Source: Candidatus Latescibacterota bacterium
Lineage (GTDB): Bacteria > Latescibacterota > UBA2968
DNA length: 64,000 nucleotides
NCBI GenBank assembly: GCA_965198115.1
Contig: OZ240241.1
Location: 8,064,001 to 8,128,000 of the forward strand
Direction of reading: 5' to 3'
Positions 31,351 through 40,590 of the stretch are shown in pieces. How positions within the stretch are numbered: position 1 is the stretch's first letter; every line of letters starts with the position of its first letter. The position numbers and the translations under genes are program-made. The notes beneath the pieces were generated by a model. That model saw only the letters and a list, made by a program, of their open reading frames with translations, had not been told where the DNA came from and made no database searches.

Positions 31351-32388
31351 TCACTTCTTCTCTATGTTTCCCATAGCCTGACGGCGGCGGCGGCGGGCAA
31401 GTTCGCGCAGGTCCACAACCTCATCGTCTTCATCCACAATTTCCTGTCCAATTATCTCTTCAAGCACGTCTTCCAAAGTCACTACACCAGCCAATCCACT
31501 GTATTCATCGATCACGACAAACAGATGTTGCCGGAGCTCAAGAAACATGGGCAACACCCGATCCAACGTCAGCGTTTCCACCACAAAGTGCGCACCTCGC
31601 GAGAGACTTTGAATGGGAGTATCTTCGCGGTCTTCGGCAGCCGACGACAAAATATCCCGACGATGCACGATCCCAACAACATCTTCAGCATCTTTATCTA
31701 CTATAGGAATGCGACTATATGGTGGCACACCAATTTGCAACACCTCACCTACTTTTTGCTGGGCTTCAAGCAAATAAATGACCGTGCGCGGTGTCATGAT
31801 TTGCTGAACTGTTTTCTCTTTTAACAATAGAATATTCTGAATGACATTGCTTTCTTCTACGCCAATGGTTCCCGCATGTCGCCCCATATGTGCCAATGCT
31901 ATGAGTTCCTCTGAAGAGACAACGTGTTCAACTTTTCCATGAGATATTAGCCGTGTCACAAATTGGCACAGCCAGATAAGCGGTACTTGTATCCAGATCA
32001 AAATCTGGATGGGATATGCAATCCAGGATACAAGGCGCCGGGCATAAACCACGCCAATCGTCTTTGGAACAATCTCAGAAAATAAAAGAATCACCAGGGT
32101 AAATACCGCCGAAAAATGCGGCAACCACGGCTCACCCAGAACTTCTGCTGCTGCCGCTCCAGCAAGGGTAGCTCCAACCGTATGCGCAATTGTGTTAAGA
32201 GATAGAATACCCGCAATGGGCGCATCCACATTTTCTCTAAACTTTTTCAATAATCGGCCAGAAGCACTACTAGATTTCGCCAGCGATTCGATATGGCCAA
32301 CAGGAACTGAATACAATGCCGCTTCAAAGAGTGAACACAAGAATGAGAAGAAAACGGCAAAACTCACAAAAAAGATCAATTCAAACAT
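31351..32388 (-). CDS. CNNM (DUF21) + CBS-pair protein, hemolysin/CorB-like (cassette 3 gene)
   Basis: SFLCSLFEAAL, FSEIVPK, IMTPR, YSRIP, VIDEYSG, TLEDVLEEIIG; visibly AT-richer than the flanks. Confidence 0.9.
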   Translation of the reverse strand: MFELIFFVSFAVFFSFLCSLFEAALYSVPVGHIESLAKSSSASGRLLKKFRENVDAPIAGILSLNTIAHTVGATLAGAAAAEVLGEPWLPHFSAVFTLVILLFSEIVPKTIGVVYARRLVSWIAYPIQILIWIQVPLIWLCQFVTRLISHGKVEHVVSSEELIALAHMGRHAGTIGVEESNVIQNILLLKEKTVQQIMTPRTVIYLLEAQQKVGEVLQIGVPPYSRIPIVDKDAEDVVGIVHRRDILSSAAEDREDTPIQSLSRGAHFVVETLTLDRVLPMFLELRQHLFVVIDEYSGLAGVVTLEDVLEEIIGQEIVDEDDEVVDLRELARRRRRQAMGNIEKK

Positions 32389-32544
32389 CTGATTACTCCT
32401 CTCGGTCTGGATAGGAAAGATCCAGCATAATCCAGTGAGAATCGAAGAAACTTGATATAAGAGTTATTCGCCGTAGATGGTGTGGTTTTTGGTTTTTGTG
32501 CACGATTTGCCGGGGTGGGGTGGTTGGGTTCTTGCGCCGCTTGC

Positions 32545-32631
32545 TCGTAACGGTCCGCGCACTTGCGAACTTGCCGAAGGCAAGTTTGGTCGAGGGCCGT
32601 GAGGACCGAGCCGCGAGTGCTGCTGTTAAGT
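32545..32631 (-). other. attC site 2
   Basis: Minus strand ACTTAAC-agcag-CACTCGCG...AACTTGCC-TTC-GGCAAGTT-CGCAAGTG-cgcggacc-GTTACGA; 87 bp. Confidence 0.75.
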
Positions 32632-33249
32632 GTTGTGCCGGTGCCAGTGCGTTTGCCAGGGATTGCAAACGCACCTTTCTTTATGGGTGCGACCACGCTA
32701 CGCTGTGGTTGCTGGAGTTGCCAAGAAGGCGACTGCTTATCCGGTGCAACTGGATGCGCTGAATTGAACGATGTTCTCATTCGTACCTGCGCGGGCGAGA
32801 TCGTCCTCCGTCTCGGGCATCGCTTGACACTCGGGGCACGGGACCAGCGCACCGAACTTGATCGCACCACAGCTGATGCAGACGGCGACCGTTGGGCGTC
32901 GACCTCTCGCTTGAGCGCCTTGGGGCGTGAGCTGCAATGACCCCATCGTTCTTTCGAATCTGCTATATTGACTTTGGGAGGTGGTCGATCTTCTATCATC
33001 TCCGCGTAAACGAAGCGCGGACCTCGCGCGCCTGCTCACGCGTCACGAGCACTAGATCTTCGCCGGTCAAGACCCCAACCGCCCAACGGAAACGGACATC
33101 CAGGGTTCCGGCATCCGCTCGAGTGGCGCAGCAGAGCGACACGACAGCTCGTGCTCCTCGTCGTGCTGGGCTGTTTGCACTCATCTTCAGCTGATGTGGA
33201 TCGCACGATCCGGAACGGGAAAGAAGCACGAAAGTAGCTGGCCGCGAAT

Positions 33250-34195
33250 CTACCAGCCTATAGTCCCCATCGCACCGTAGTCGTACTTCTTGCCCTTCTC
33301 CCAATTGATCCTTCTCGTTTTGGGATCAACCTTGCCCAGTCTTCTGTAGAGTCTGCCTTCGTAATTCCCATCAAACGTACTTCCTCTGTGTGTCTCGATC
33401 ACCCAACCGCCCTTCATCTGCACATTCGGGTAAGCCCCCTTGTCGTATTTGATGCTTTCACCCCAATCGATGGTCGCCCCTGGTACATCCAAAACACCGA
33501 CAAGATACCATAGGCCCCCCCTTCGTTTCTGGTGAACCTCAACGATCGTACTTGACTTCCACACTCCAGCCCAGACTATCTTGTTCGGCAACATACTCCC
33601 CGATACGGTAATTCAGGTCCATCCAATACCTGTCTTTGCCCGGGACTTGAAAGACGTGCACAATGGTCTCGCTCTCGGCGGCTAGCTTCTGCCAGGAATG
33701 AACCCGTCCGCCCATCTGCTGCCTGCCGAGCCACTCTATGTCTTTCCGAAGCGTGTCCAGTCTCCCCGTTCGAAACCAGACCCCATTGTCCGAGCCGTAC
33801 ACCATCACCACCGTCTCATCGATCAGAACTAGGTCGGGCGTCCACCCACTCCCATAGTGCCTGGTCTTGTCAGCGTCGGTCTTTGACCACGTGACAGTCT
33901 TGCCAACCGCATCCAAAAATCCAACGTGGTAGTAGATATTCTCTTGCCGTAATCCTGAGTGTGCCTCAACCAGGATGTTCCCGCCTCTTGCCACAGCCGC
34001 TTCTTGTCCGCGATCATAACGCCGACTATCACTCCATTCGACGGCGTTGGTCTCTGTCGACACGTCCCCAACCCGATAGAACAGTCCGATTCCCCCAATC
34101 GTGCCAACGCTTTGGTGCAGCTCAACAAGTACGCTATCGGCATAGACCTGGCCTGAGACGGCTCCGGCGAACAGTATTGCAAGCATCGCTATCAT
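33250..34195 (-). pseudogene. Secreted repeat (beta-propeller-like) protein, one frameshift (cassette 2 gene)
   Basis: AAGGAGG RBS, signal peptide, about six ~45-50-aa repeats VExH...L(W/F)YxVG...W...YDxG; +1 G in GGGG near 33600. Confidence 0.65.
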
Positions 34196-34273
34196 TCTAG
34201 CCTCCTTTGGGTGACTACAACCTCTCGATGCGGCCCAGGGAAGGGCCGCCGCTCTTTTTGGCACCGGCATGAC

Positions 34274-34360
34274 ACTTAACGTCTTGGTCACTGGCGAACT
34301 CGGCGTCAGTCGAGTTCGCGGAGGCGCTTAGCGCCGGAGCCGCCAGTGGACCTGTTATCT
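34274..34360 (-). other. attC site 1
   Basis: Minus strand AGATAAC-aggtc-CACTGGCG...AACTCG-actgacgc-CGAGTT-CGCCAGTG-accaagac-GTTAAGT; 87 bp, same layout as attC2. Confidence 0.75.
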
Positions 34361-34444
34361 GCAGTCGCAGCCGGCTCGCACCCCGGTCACACCCAGGACG
34401 CTAATCGCTGCTGCCATGGTCGGAGGGCGTCCCCTGCCCGTCCC

Positions 34445-34843
34445 TTAAACGCTGGCGTCACACTCGGTCTTGCTGTCTCTGTGCCCTCTACGCATCCACC
34501 AGCTCACCAAGAAAAACCCAGCCGTGATCGGGATGAGCACAAACGGAAACGACAGCACGCGCCAATTGACGACAGCGGCAATCGCATATGCGACCAATGT
34601 TACCATCCCCCCGATGAACTCCCATTTCCAGGCTATCGCGAGGCCCACGAGCCACGCCCCCATCGTTATCAGGCCGACGTAGTCACTGGCGTTTAGCGGG
34701 CGGGACGCCTCCTCTCCACCGCCGAGTAGGTGCGCGATGAGGAAAAAGCCCCAGAAGATCAGGATCAGCACGCTGAGTATGCGGGCGGCCCAACGCGCTA
34801 CCTTCGCTGTAGTCGGCAAGCGTGGGTTCGTGGAATCACTCAC
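34445..34843 (-). CDS. Small four-TM hypothetical membrane protein (cassette 1 gene)
   Basis: AAGGAGG RBS, GTG start, four hydrophobic helices, AIAWKWEFIGG motif. Confidence 0.7.
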   Translation of the reverse strand: MSDSTNPRLPTTAKVARWAARILSVLILIFWGFFLIAHLLGGGEEASRPLNASDYVGLITMGAWLVGLAIAWKWEFIGGMVTLVAYAIAAVVNWRVLSFPFVLIPITAGFFLVSWWMRRGHRDSKTECDASV

Positions 34844-34934
34844 GGCTTCCTCCTTTACATGTGACTAGTGGAGCAGCTGAGCGGTCGGGATCGTCGGAAC
34901 ACTCCTATTAGGCCGTGACGGCTCACGCGATTGC

Positions 34935-34992
34935 AGATAACTAAGTACTTACCGCCGTACTTCTCGATACTTCTAAGGTCGTCGGGTTAGGC
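34935..34992 (-). other. attI-like (or degenerate attC) head site of the array
   Basis: Core G/TTATCT preceded by the palindrome TAAGTACTTA and repeated AGAAGTA; poor attC hairpin although GCCTAAC occurs at 34986-34992. Confidence 0.45.
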
Positions 34993-35140
34993 GAAGTTCG
35001 GTAGTACTGCTTGACGAGGTGGATGGGCGCGGTGCTTCGAGAGGCTCGTTGAGTAGGGAGACTGCGATCTTGCCAGGCTGACCCGGAGGGGCATTGGACA
35101 TCGAGCGGTTGACGAAGAAACCGGATACCGGGTGATTCTG

Positions 35141-35170
35141 TTGCACGAGGGAGCTGCCCTAGTCTATAAT
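35141..35170 (+). promoter_or_regulatory. Putative sigma70 promoter
   Basis: TTGCAC-18 bp-TATAAT, then AGGAG and GTG at 35213. Confidence 0.55.
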
Positions 35171-35212
35171 TTACTGAAATGCAATCATTGGGTTAGCATA
35201 GGAGTCGTATCT

Positions 35213-37585
35213 GTGGCAAAAACCCTTCGGACATATCTCTCACTACGCAGCGCGGTGCGGCGGTCGCTGGGGGAGGTTGTTGGGGACGGTGGAGTGGAGC
35301 GTGTGGCGCGGTACAAGCGGATCGGGGAGATGATCGATTCGCACGTGTTGTTGCGTGCTGATCCCTCCTCCGCTAGAGCTTCAGCGGGCAGGCGGGCGGA
35401 CTATGGGGGCGAGGTGATTCAGCGGTTGTCGAGAGATCTCGAGGTGGGTCGTCAACGACTGTATGAAATGTTGAATGTCCATCGGGCCTATCCAATTGTC
35501 CGCCCGGGCGGACAATTAGGCTGGTCGCATTATGTTGCGTTGTCGGGGATCGAGGATGAGGGCGTGCGGGTGGAGCTCAGGTCAATAGGTGTGTAAAAGA
35601 AATCAGGCGGCCATCTTCCCGGCTTCGACCTGCGGTCCGGTTGAGTGTTTCTGATCGTAGACTTGTTGTAGCAAGTGTGGCGCGGTGAGTTTCCTGAATC
35701 GGCTCTCTGCGACCTTGAGCGTACGCCAGATGAGAGCCGTGGCGTTCCTGACTTTCTTGAATCGCCTGGCGGCGTTTGTGCGAAGCCGAACGGAAGCAAA
35801 GGGGCTCTCGACGACGTTCGTGGTTCTCAGGTGTTTCCAGTGTTCCTTCGGGAAGTCGTAGAACGTGACCATCCGATCCCAGTCTCTTTCGAGCGTCTCC
35901 ACGGCGGCAGGGAACTGTGAGCGATACCGTGCGGCAAAGCGTTTCCGGAGCTTCTCGGCCTCCTTTTTCGTGCCGGCATAGGGGATCTGGACGAGCAGTG
36001 CGCGGGCTTCAGCCTGTGCACGCTTGGCGACCTTGTCGAGCACGTTGAGGATCTTGTGGTTCCAGCACCGTTGTTGCCGGCTCTCTGGCCAGACCTGATC
36101 AACGGCCGCCCAGATGCCCATATTCCCGTCCGCGGCGATCAGGACAGGATGTTCGAGCCCGCGATCCCGGAGATCCCGTAGCACCGTGAGCCAGGATTCT
36201 GTAGACTCTCGATAACCGGGTTCTATCGCCAGGATCTCCTTGCTGCCGTCGCTCATCGCGCCGATCACGACCAGCAGACACGCCTTCTCGCGCTCGAGCC
36301 CGGCTTTGACGTAGATGCCATCAGCCCAGGCGTAGACCAGTTCGCGATTATCCAGACGCCTTTCTTTCCAGTCCTGGAAGTCGACCTCCCACTTCCCTCG
36401 AAGACGAGCGATCGAGGTCGGCGAAAGCGGCGCGCCATCACCGAGCAGCGCACGCAAAGACAACTCGAAGTCGCCCTGGGAGAGACCGTGGAGATAAAGG
36501 TCGGGAAGCAGATCTCCAATGGCCCTGGTTCTCCGGGCGAACAGGGGGAGGATGCGGCTTTCAAACCGCTCTTCCAGACCACGAACCCGGGGACGCCGGA
36601 CCTTGATCGTTCCGCAGCTCGTCGAGAGACGCCGGGGCTTGCCGTAGCCGTTCCTGTAGCCCCTGGAGCTATCGACCTCGGCTCGGCGCTCATACCACGA
36701 CCGGCCCAAGAACGCGGTCGCCTCCTCCTCCAGAATGAACTGGAACCGGCCCTGGATCTCTTCACGGATCCAATCGTCAACCGTCTCCCACGTCGGCATG
36801 GACTTCAATGGGGCTCTATGCGTATGTTCCTTCACGGCGATCCTCCTTCCCAACCGGGCCTCTCACCCGGTTTTGTGTGAATCAACTATCTCACGGGAAG
36901 GGTAGGGTCGCCCTTTCTCTTTTTCCACACCTTTTGATTATAGCTCTGCGGGTGGCCTATGAAACGCAAGCCGTGCGAGGGGCGTGGAGCAAGCAGATGC
37001 TTCGCGATCGGATAAGAGCGGGGGTTCTGCTGGATTCGAACGGCAAGTTGAAGGCGGATTGGAGAGCGTCGGTGCCGCCGACACCGAGGCGGGGGACGCC
37101 TTACACTTATCGCGTGAAGGACGTGTCGGGGAAGTCATTGCTGCTGGATTTGGGGATGGGGGTGGAGCACGAGCTTGATTTAAGGAGCGTGTCGCCGTTT
37201 AAGCCCGGCGACACAGTCAAGGTGGAACGGGATCGAGGACTTTACTCAACGAAGCCGGGGGACCACCGCCGGCTTTATGCATTCAGAGCCGAGGTGATTC
37301 GGGTGGTCGATGGGGATACGGTTTGGGTCAAGGTCGACCACGGGTTCAAGTTCTGGCAGCCGCAGAAGATTCGGTTTCGGGGTGTGGATGCACCCGAGTT
37401 GCCAAGTGATGAGGGGGGAGGAGGCGAAGGCGTGGGTGGAGGAGCGACTTGCCGGATTACCGTCGGTGGTGATTACGACTTCGAAGGTAGGGATGTATGG
37501 GCGTTACATTGAAGATGTGTTCATCGGTAGGAGATATCTGAACGCTGAGATGGTGGAGGCGGGGATGGCTGTTGGGCTGGGCTAA
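35213..37585 (+). pseudogene. DUF1016 (YhcG) N-terminal domain fused to thermonuclease (SNase), interrupted by IS256
   Basis: RIGEMI...DYGGEVIQRLSRDL...LGWSHYVAL. Removing the IS plus one TSD restores VRVAYETQAVRGAWSKQMLRDRI. C-terminus VVDGDT, IRFRGVDAPE, YGRY, LNAEMVEAGMA; +1 G in the G6 run at 37413-37418. Confidence 0.8.
35573..36946 (-). mobile_element. IS256-family element, copy 2 (transposase 35603-36853)
   Basis: Same 1374-bp element as 27876-29249, inverted; 8-bp TSD TGCGGGTG (35565-35572, 36947-36954). Confidence 0.95.
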
Positions 37586-37938
37586 GGACGGGGGACCACC
37601 CCTCGATACGCCACTACGTGGCTACTCGGGATAAGCTTCAAACACGAAATGCACGAAATATGGACCGGGGATCGAGGTCCTTAGCCGGGATAGAATTCGG
37701 GATGTCTCGGGGGTGGTACCGACCACTGGTGTTCTGGCCTCTCTGAGAGGATGAACGATCCCTCGATACAGCGGATCAAAGGAGTTCATAAACCGAGGAA
37801 GCTTAACAGGGCGCGTGCCAGACGCCGCTTACTCGCGATGAGCGAGCTGTGCCGTACCCCATCCTTCTGAATACATGCAGGACTGAATACCTATAGTAAT
37901 GAAGGCGAGGCGATCCGATCCGCGGTATCTTGGTCTGC

Positions 37939-39258
37939 GTGAAAGACGTTCTTGCCATTGCCTACCACTACCCGCCGATCGCGTCGCCGGGTGCGGAGCG
38001 GATGCGGGGGTTTGCTCGCGATCTGCCGGCACACGGGTTTCGACTCCTTCCCGTTACGACATCCACCTATGGGGATGATGGCTCGTCTGACGCTATTCGT
38101 GTTGGCGAGCCGGTAGGGCTATTTCGTTCGTTGTTCAATCCAGATCAAAAGACGGCTGCACCTGAGGTGCGTTCGCGGCTGCGGACGGATGCGGGCGTTC
38201 TGTCGGATGTGGCCGGATGGGTGCGCGATCGGGTGATGATTCCCGATGGTCAGATGGCGTGGTGCGCGCCGGCGTTCTTTGCGAGTCTCGCAGCGATCCG
38301 GCGATCGAATGTGAGGCTGATCTATACGTCGTCGCCACCGCATTCGGTTCATCTGTTGGGTATGATGCTGAAGCGTGCGACCGGTCTGCCCTGGGTGGCC
38401 GAGTTTCGCGATACGTGGACCCACGATCCGCTCGATTCCTTTCTGCGCGACGGTCGCTGGCGTCTGCGGGTGGAGGAAGAGATGGAGCGGCGCGTCGGGA
38501 TTGTGGCGGATCGGGTCGTGGGTGTGACGGAGCGCGCGTGCGGGTTCCTCGGGAACTTGGCGTCACCCGAGAAGGTGACGTGCGTGCCGAACGGGTTCGA
38601 CAGATTTGGAACGACACGAAGTCACCCCTCGACTCCGCTCGGGACAGGCTCCGACGCGAAGAAAGACGGGATCTTGGAAGATGATGGGGCTGAGGAGTCT
38701 GGTGGTGAGATCCTGCGTCTTGTGCACGTGGGGTCGTTCTCGGAGAGTCATCCGTTGCGGTCGCCGGACGTCTTGGTGAAGGCAGTTGCTACGTTCGGTG
38801 GGGAGATTGAGCTGAATCTGGTGGGACCGCTGACGGAGGCAGAAAAAGGGCGGGCGCTCAAGCTTGGTGGAAGGCAGGTTCGGGTGACGGGCATGGTGTC
38901 GCGGGAGGAGGCGTTGCGTTGGCAGCGAGAGGCGGATGTGCTCGTGCTGGTCGATCACGCACGACCGCATCCGTCGACGAATGTGCCGAGCAAGTGCTAT
39001 GAGTATCTGGCGGCGGGACGATCGATCCTGGCGTTGACGCCGGAGGGGGCGACGCGGGACCTGTTGAGCGAAGTGGGGGGTGGGGTCTGTGTGGATCCGG
39101 ATGATGTGGGCGGCGTGCGGGACGCGATCGCATCATTCGTTGAGGCGAAATGGAAGGGGATGTTGGAGGGGATGGCGGTCGACCCGGCGCGGTTGGAGGG
39201 GTATCGGCGGGAAGTGATGGCGGGGAGGCTGGCGAGGTGTTTTGGGGAGGTTATTTGA
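37939..39258 (+). CDS. Glycosyltransferase family 4
   Basis: IAYHYPP, TSSPPHSVH, WVAEFRDTW, PNGFD, PSKCYEYLAAG. Confidence 0.88.
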   Translation: MKDVLAIAYHYPPIASPGAERMRGFARDLPAHGFRLLPVTTSTYGDDGSSDAIRVGEPVGLFRSLFNPDQKTAAPEVRSRLRTDAGVLSDVAGWVRDRVMIPDGQMAWCAPAFFASLAAIRRSNVRLIYTSSPPHSVHLLGMMLKRATGLPWVAEFRDTWTHDPLDSFLRDGRWRLRVEEEMERRVGIVADRVVGVTERACGFLGNLASPEKVTCVPNGFDRFGTTRSHPSTPLGTGSDAKKDGILEDDGAEESGGEILRLVHVGSFSESHPLRSPDVLVKAVATFGGEIELNLVGPLTEAEKGRALKLGGRQVRVTGMVSREEALRWQREADVLVLVDHARPHPSTNVPSKCYEYLAAGRSILALTPEGATRDLLSEVGGGVCVDPDDVGGVRDAIASFVEAKWKGMLEGMAVDPARLEGYRREVMAGRLARCFGEVI

Positions 39259-39410
39259 GCGGTAGTGCCTAATGCAATGGCCACCGTTCGCACCTCGATA
39301 TGCGAATCAGTGGCTTGGTTCTCTGACGAAGACAACTAATCACTCTTCGGAAGGTCGCTACTCGGGATGAACGGTGGGGGCGCGATGGTTGGGTCAATGC
39401 ATCGTGAGGG

Positions 39411-39956
39411 TCAGGTCAGGCCGATGTGGGTGAGGAAGCGGTCTTTGTCTTCGCGTTTCGATTTCGCGTTCCACGTGTCGATGAGGTCGAAGTAGGGTCG
39501 CTCTTCTTCGTCTTCCCAGTCGACGAGGGCTTTGATCTGGGCCTTTGTGTAGCGCCCATCGAGTTCGTAGGGGCATTCGACGGAGTCGCTGATGCTCAGG
39601 AGCGTGAGCTCGCCGTTGTCGCCGATTTCGACGTCGAAAGGATAACGGCGGCAGGTGACGGGTCGATGTTCATAGATGCCGCACCGGTCATCTTCCTGCA
39701 AATACTGACATCCGTCCTCGGTCCGGACGAGCCCCATGATGCGAGGTCCCTCGTTCAGTTGGATCCACCCTCGATTGTCGAGGCTCCATTCGATCTCGTC
39801 GGGTGGATAGAAGGCGGTTACTTCGGAGGGGTGTTGCCCGGTGTGACGCACGACGCGCTTGACGTCTTCGTCGGTTACGAGGACGATGGGTTCGCGGCAG
39901 CATTGGCCGCAGCAGGTGCAGCGGAAGTTCAAGAGGTGTTCCCAGTCCTTCCCCAT
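39411..39956 (-). CDS. YkgJ-family CxxCxxCC cysteine-cluster protein
   Basis: FRCTCCGQCC, CQYL...CGIYEHRPVTCRRYPF. Confidence 0.88.
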   Translation of the reverse strand: MGKDWEHLLNFRCTCCGQCCREPIVLVTDEDVKRVVRHTGQHPSEVTAFYPPDEIEWSLDNRGWIQLNEGPRIMGLVRTEDGCQYLQEDDRCGIYEHRPVTCRRYPFDVEIGDNGELTLLSISDSVECPYELDGRYTKAQIKALVDWEDEEERPYFDLIDTWNAKSKREDKDRFLTHIGLT

Positions 39957-40034
39957 TCCCTCTCCCTTGTTGATTGCTGCCCGTGATCCTTCGTGCGCCG
40001 AGAAGGTAGGCGCTGACTTGTGTGGGGTCAAGAA

Positions 40035-40420
40035 CTGGGAACCACAAATACACACAAATGGACACGAATGGCGTAGGACATGGCTGTGGGGGGCCCGATT
40101 CGGGGAGGGATCGAGGTAGGACGTCACATCGAGTTAAAAGACATGGAACCACGGATGAACCCTTCGGTACACGAGCCGACTGCGCGGCTCGCACTCAGGG
40201 CAGGCGCAGATGCACACGGATGGTCGTAGGCTAAACTGTGGAGGACCGATTCGGGGAATGAATCGAAGTAGGACGGGACTTCAATAAAAGGTATGGAACC
40301 ACCGATGAACCCTTCGGTACACGAGCCGACTGCGCGGCTCGCACTCAGGGCAGGCACAGATGCACACGGATGTTGTGAACCCTGGCTACGCCGATTCGGG
40401 AAGAGGATGGAGGTAGAGCA
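40035..40420 (+). repeat. Three tandem related REP-like units (~110, 150 and ~125 bp)
   Basis: Each unit begins GGAACCAC and contains GATTCGGG.A...GA.GTAG. Units at 40144 and 40294 share ~79 nearly identical bases. Confidence 0.85.
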
Positions 40421-40590
40421 GAGCCGGTGGTTTCGCGACGTCGATGGGATGCGCTTTGCAACGGTCTCTGAGTTGTACGCGTTCGCGTGTTGTGCGATAA
40501 TTAGGGTTTGAAGGGATGTCGGAAAACGGTTGGGGGAGGTATATTCACGATTTCTTGCTGGAACGTCCGGGTCGGTTGTGGGGATGAGGG

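Noticed and set aside
34993-35140. Integrase (intI) remnant
   Set aside because: No tyrosine-recombinase motif in the frames I translated.
27876-36946. Composite transposon that arrived as one unit
   Set aside because: Each IS256 has its own TSD, and each interrupted gene is restored by removing a single IS.
40035-40420. CRISPR array
   Set aside because: The repeat is ~79 bp, only two close copies exist, the 'spacers' are homologous to each other, and no cas genes are present.
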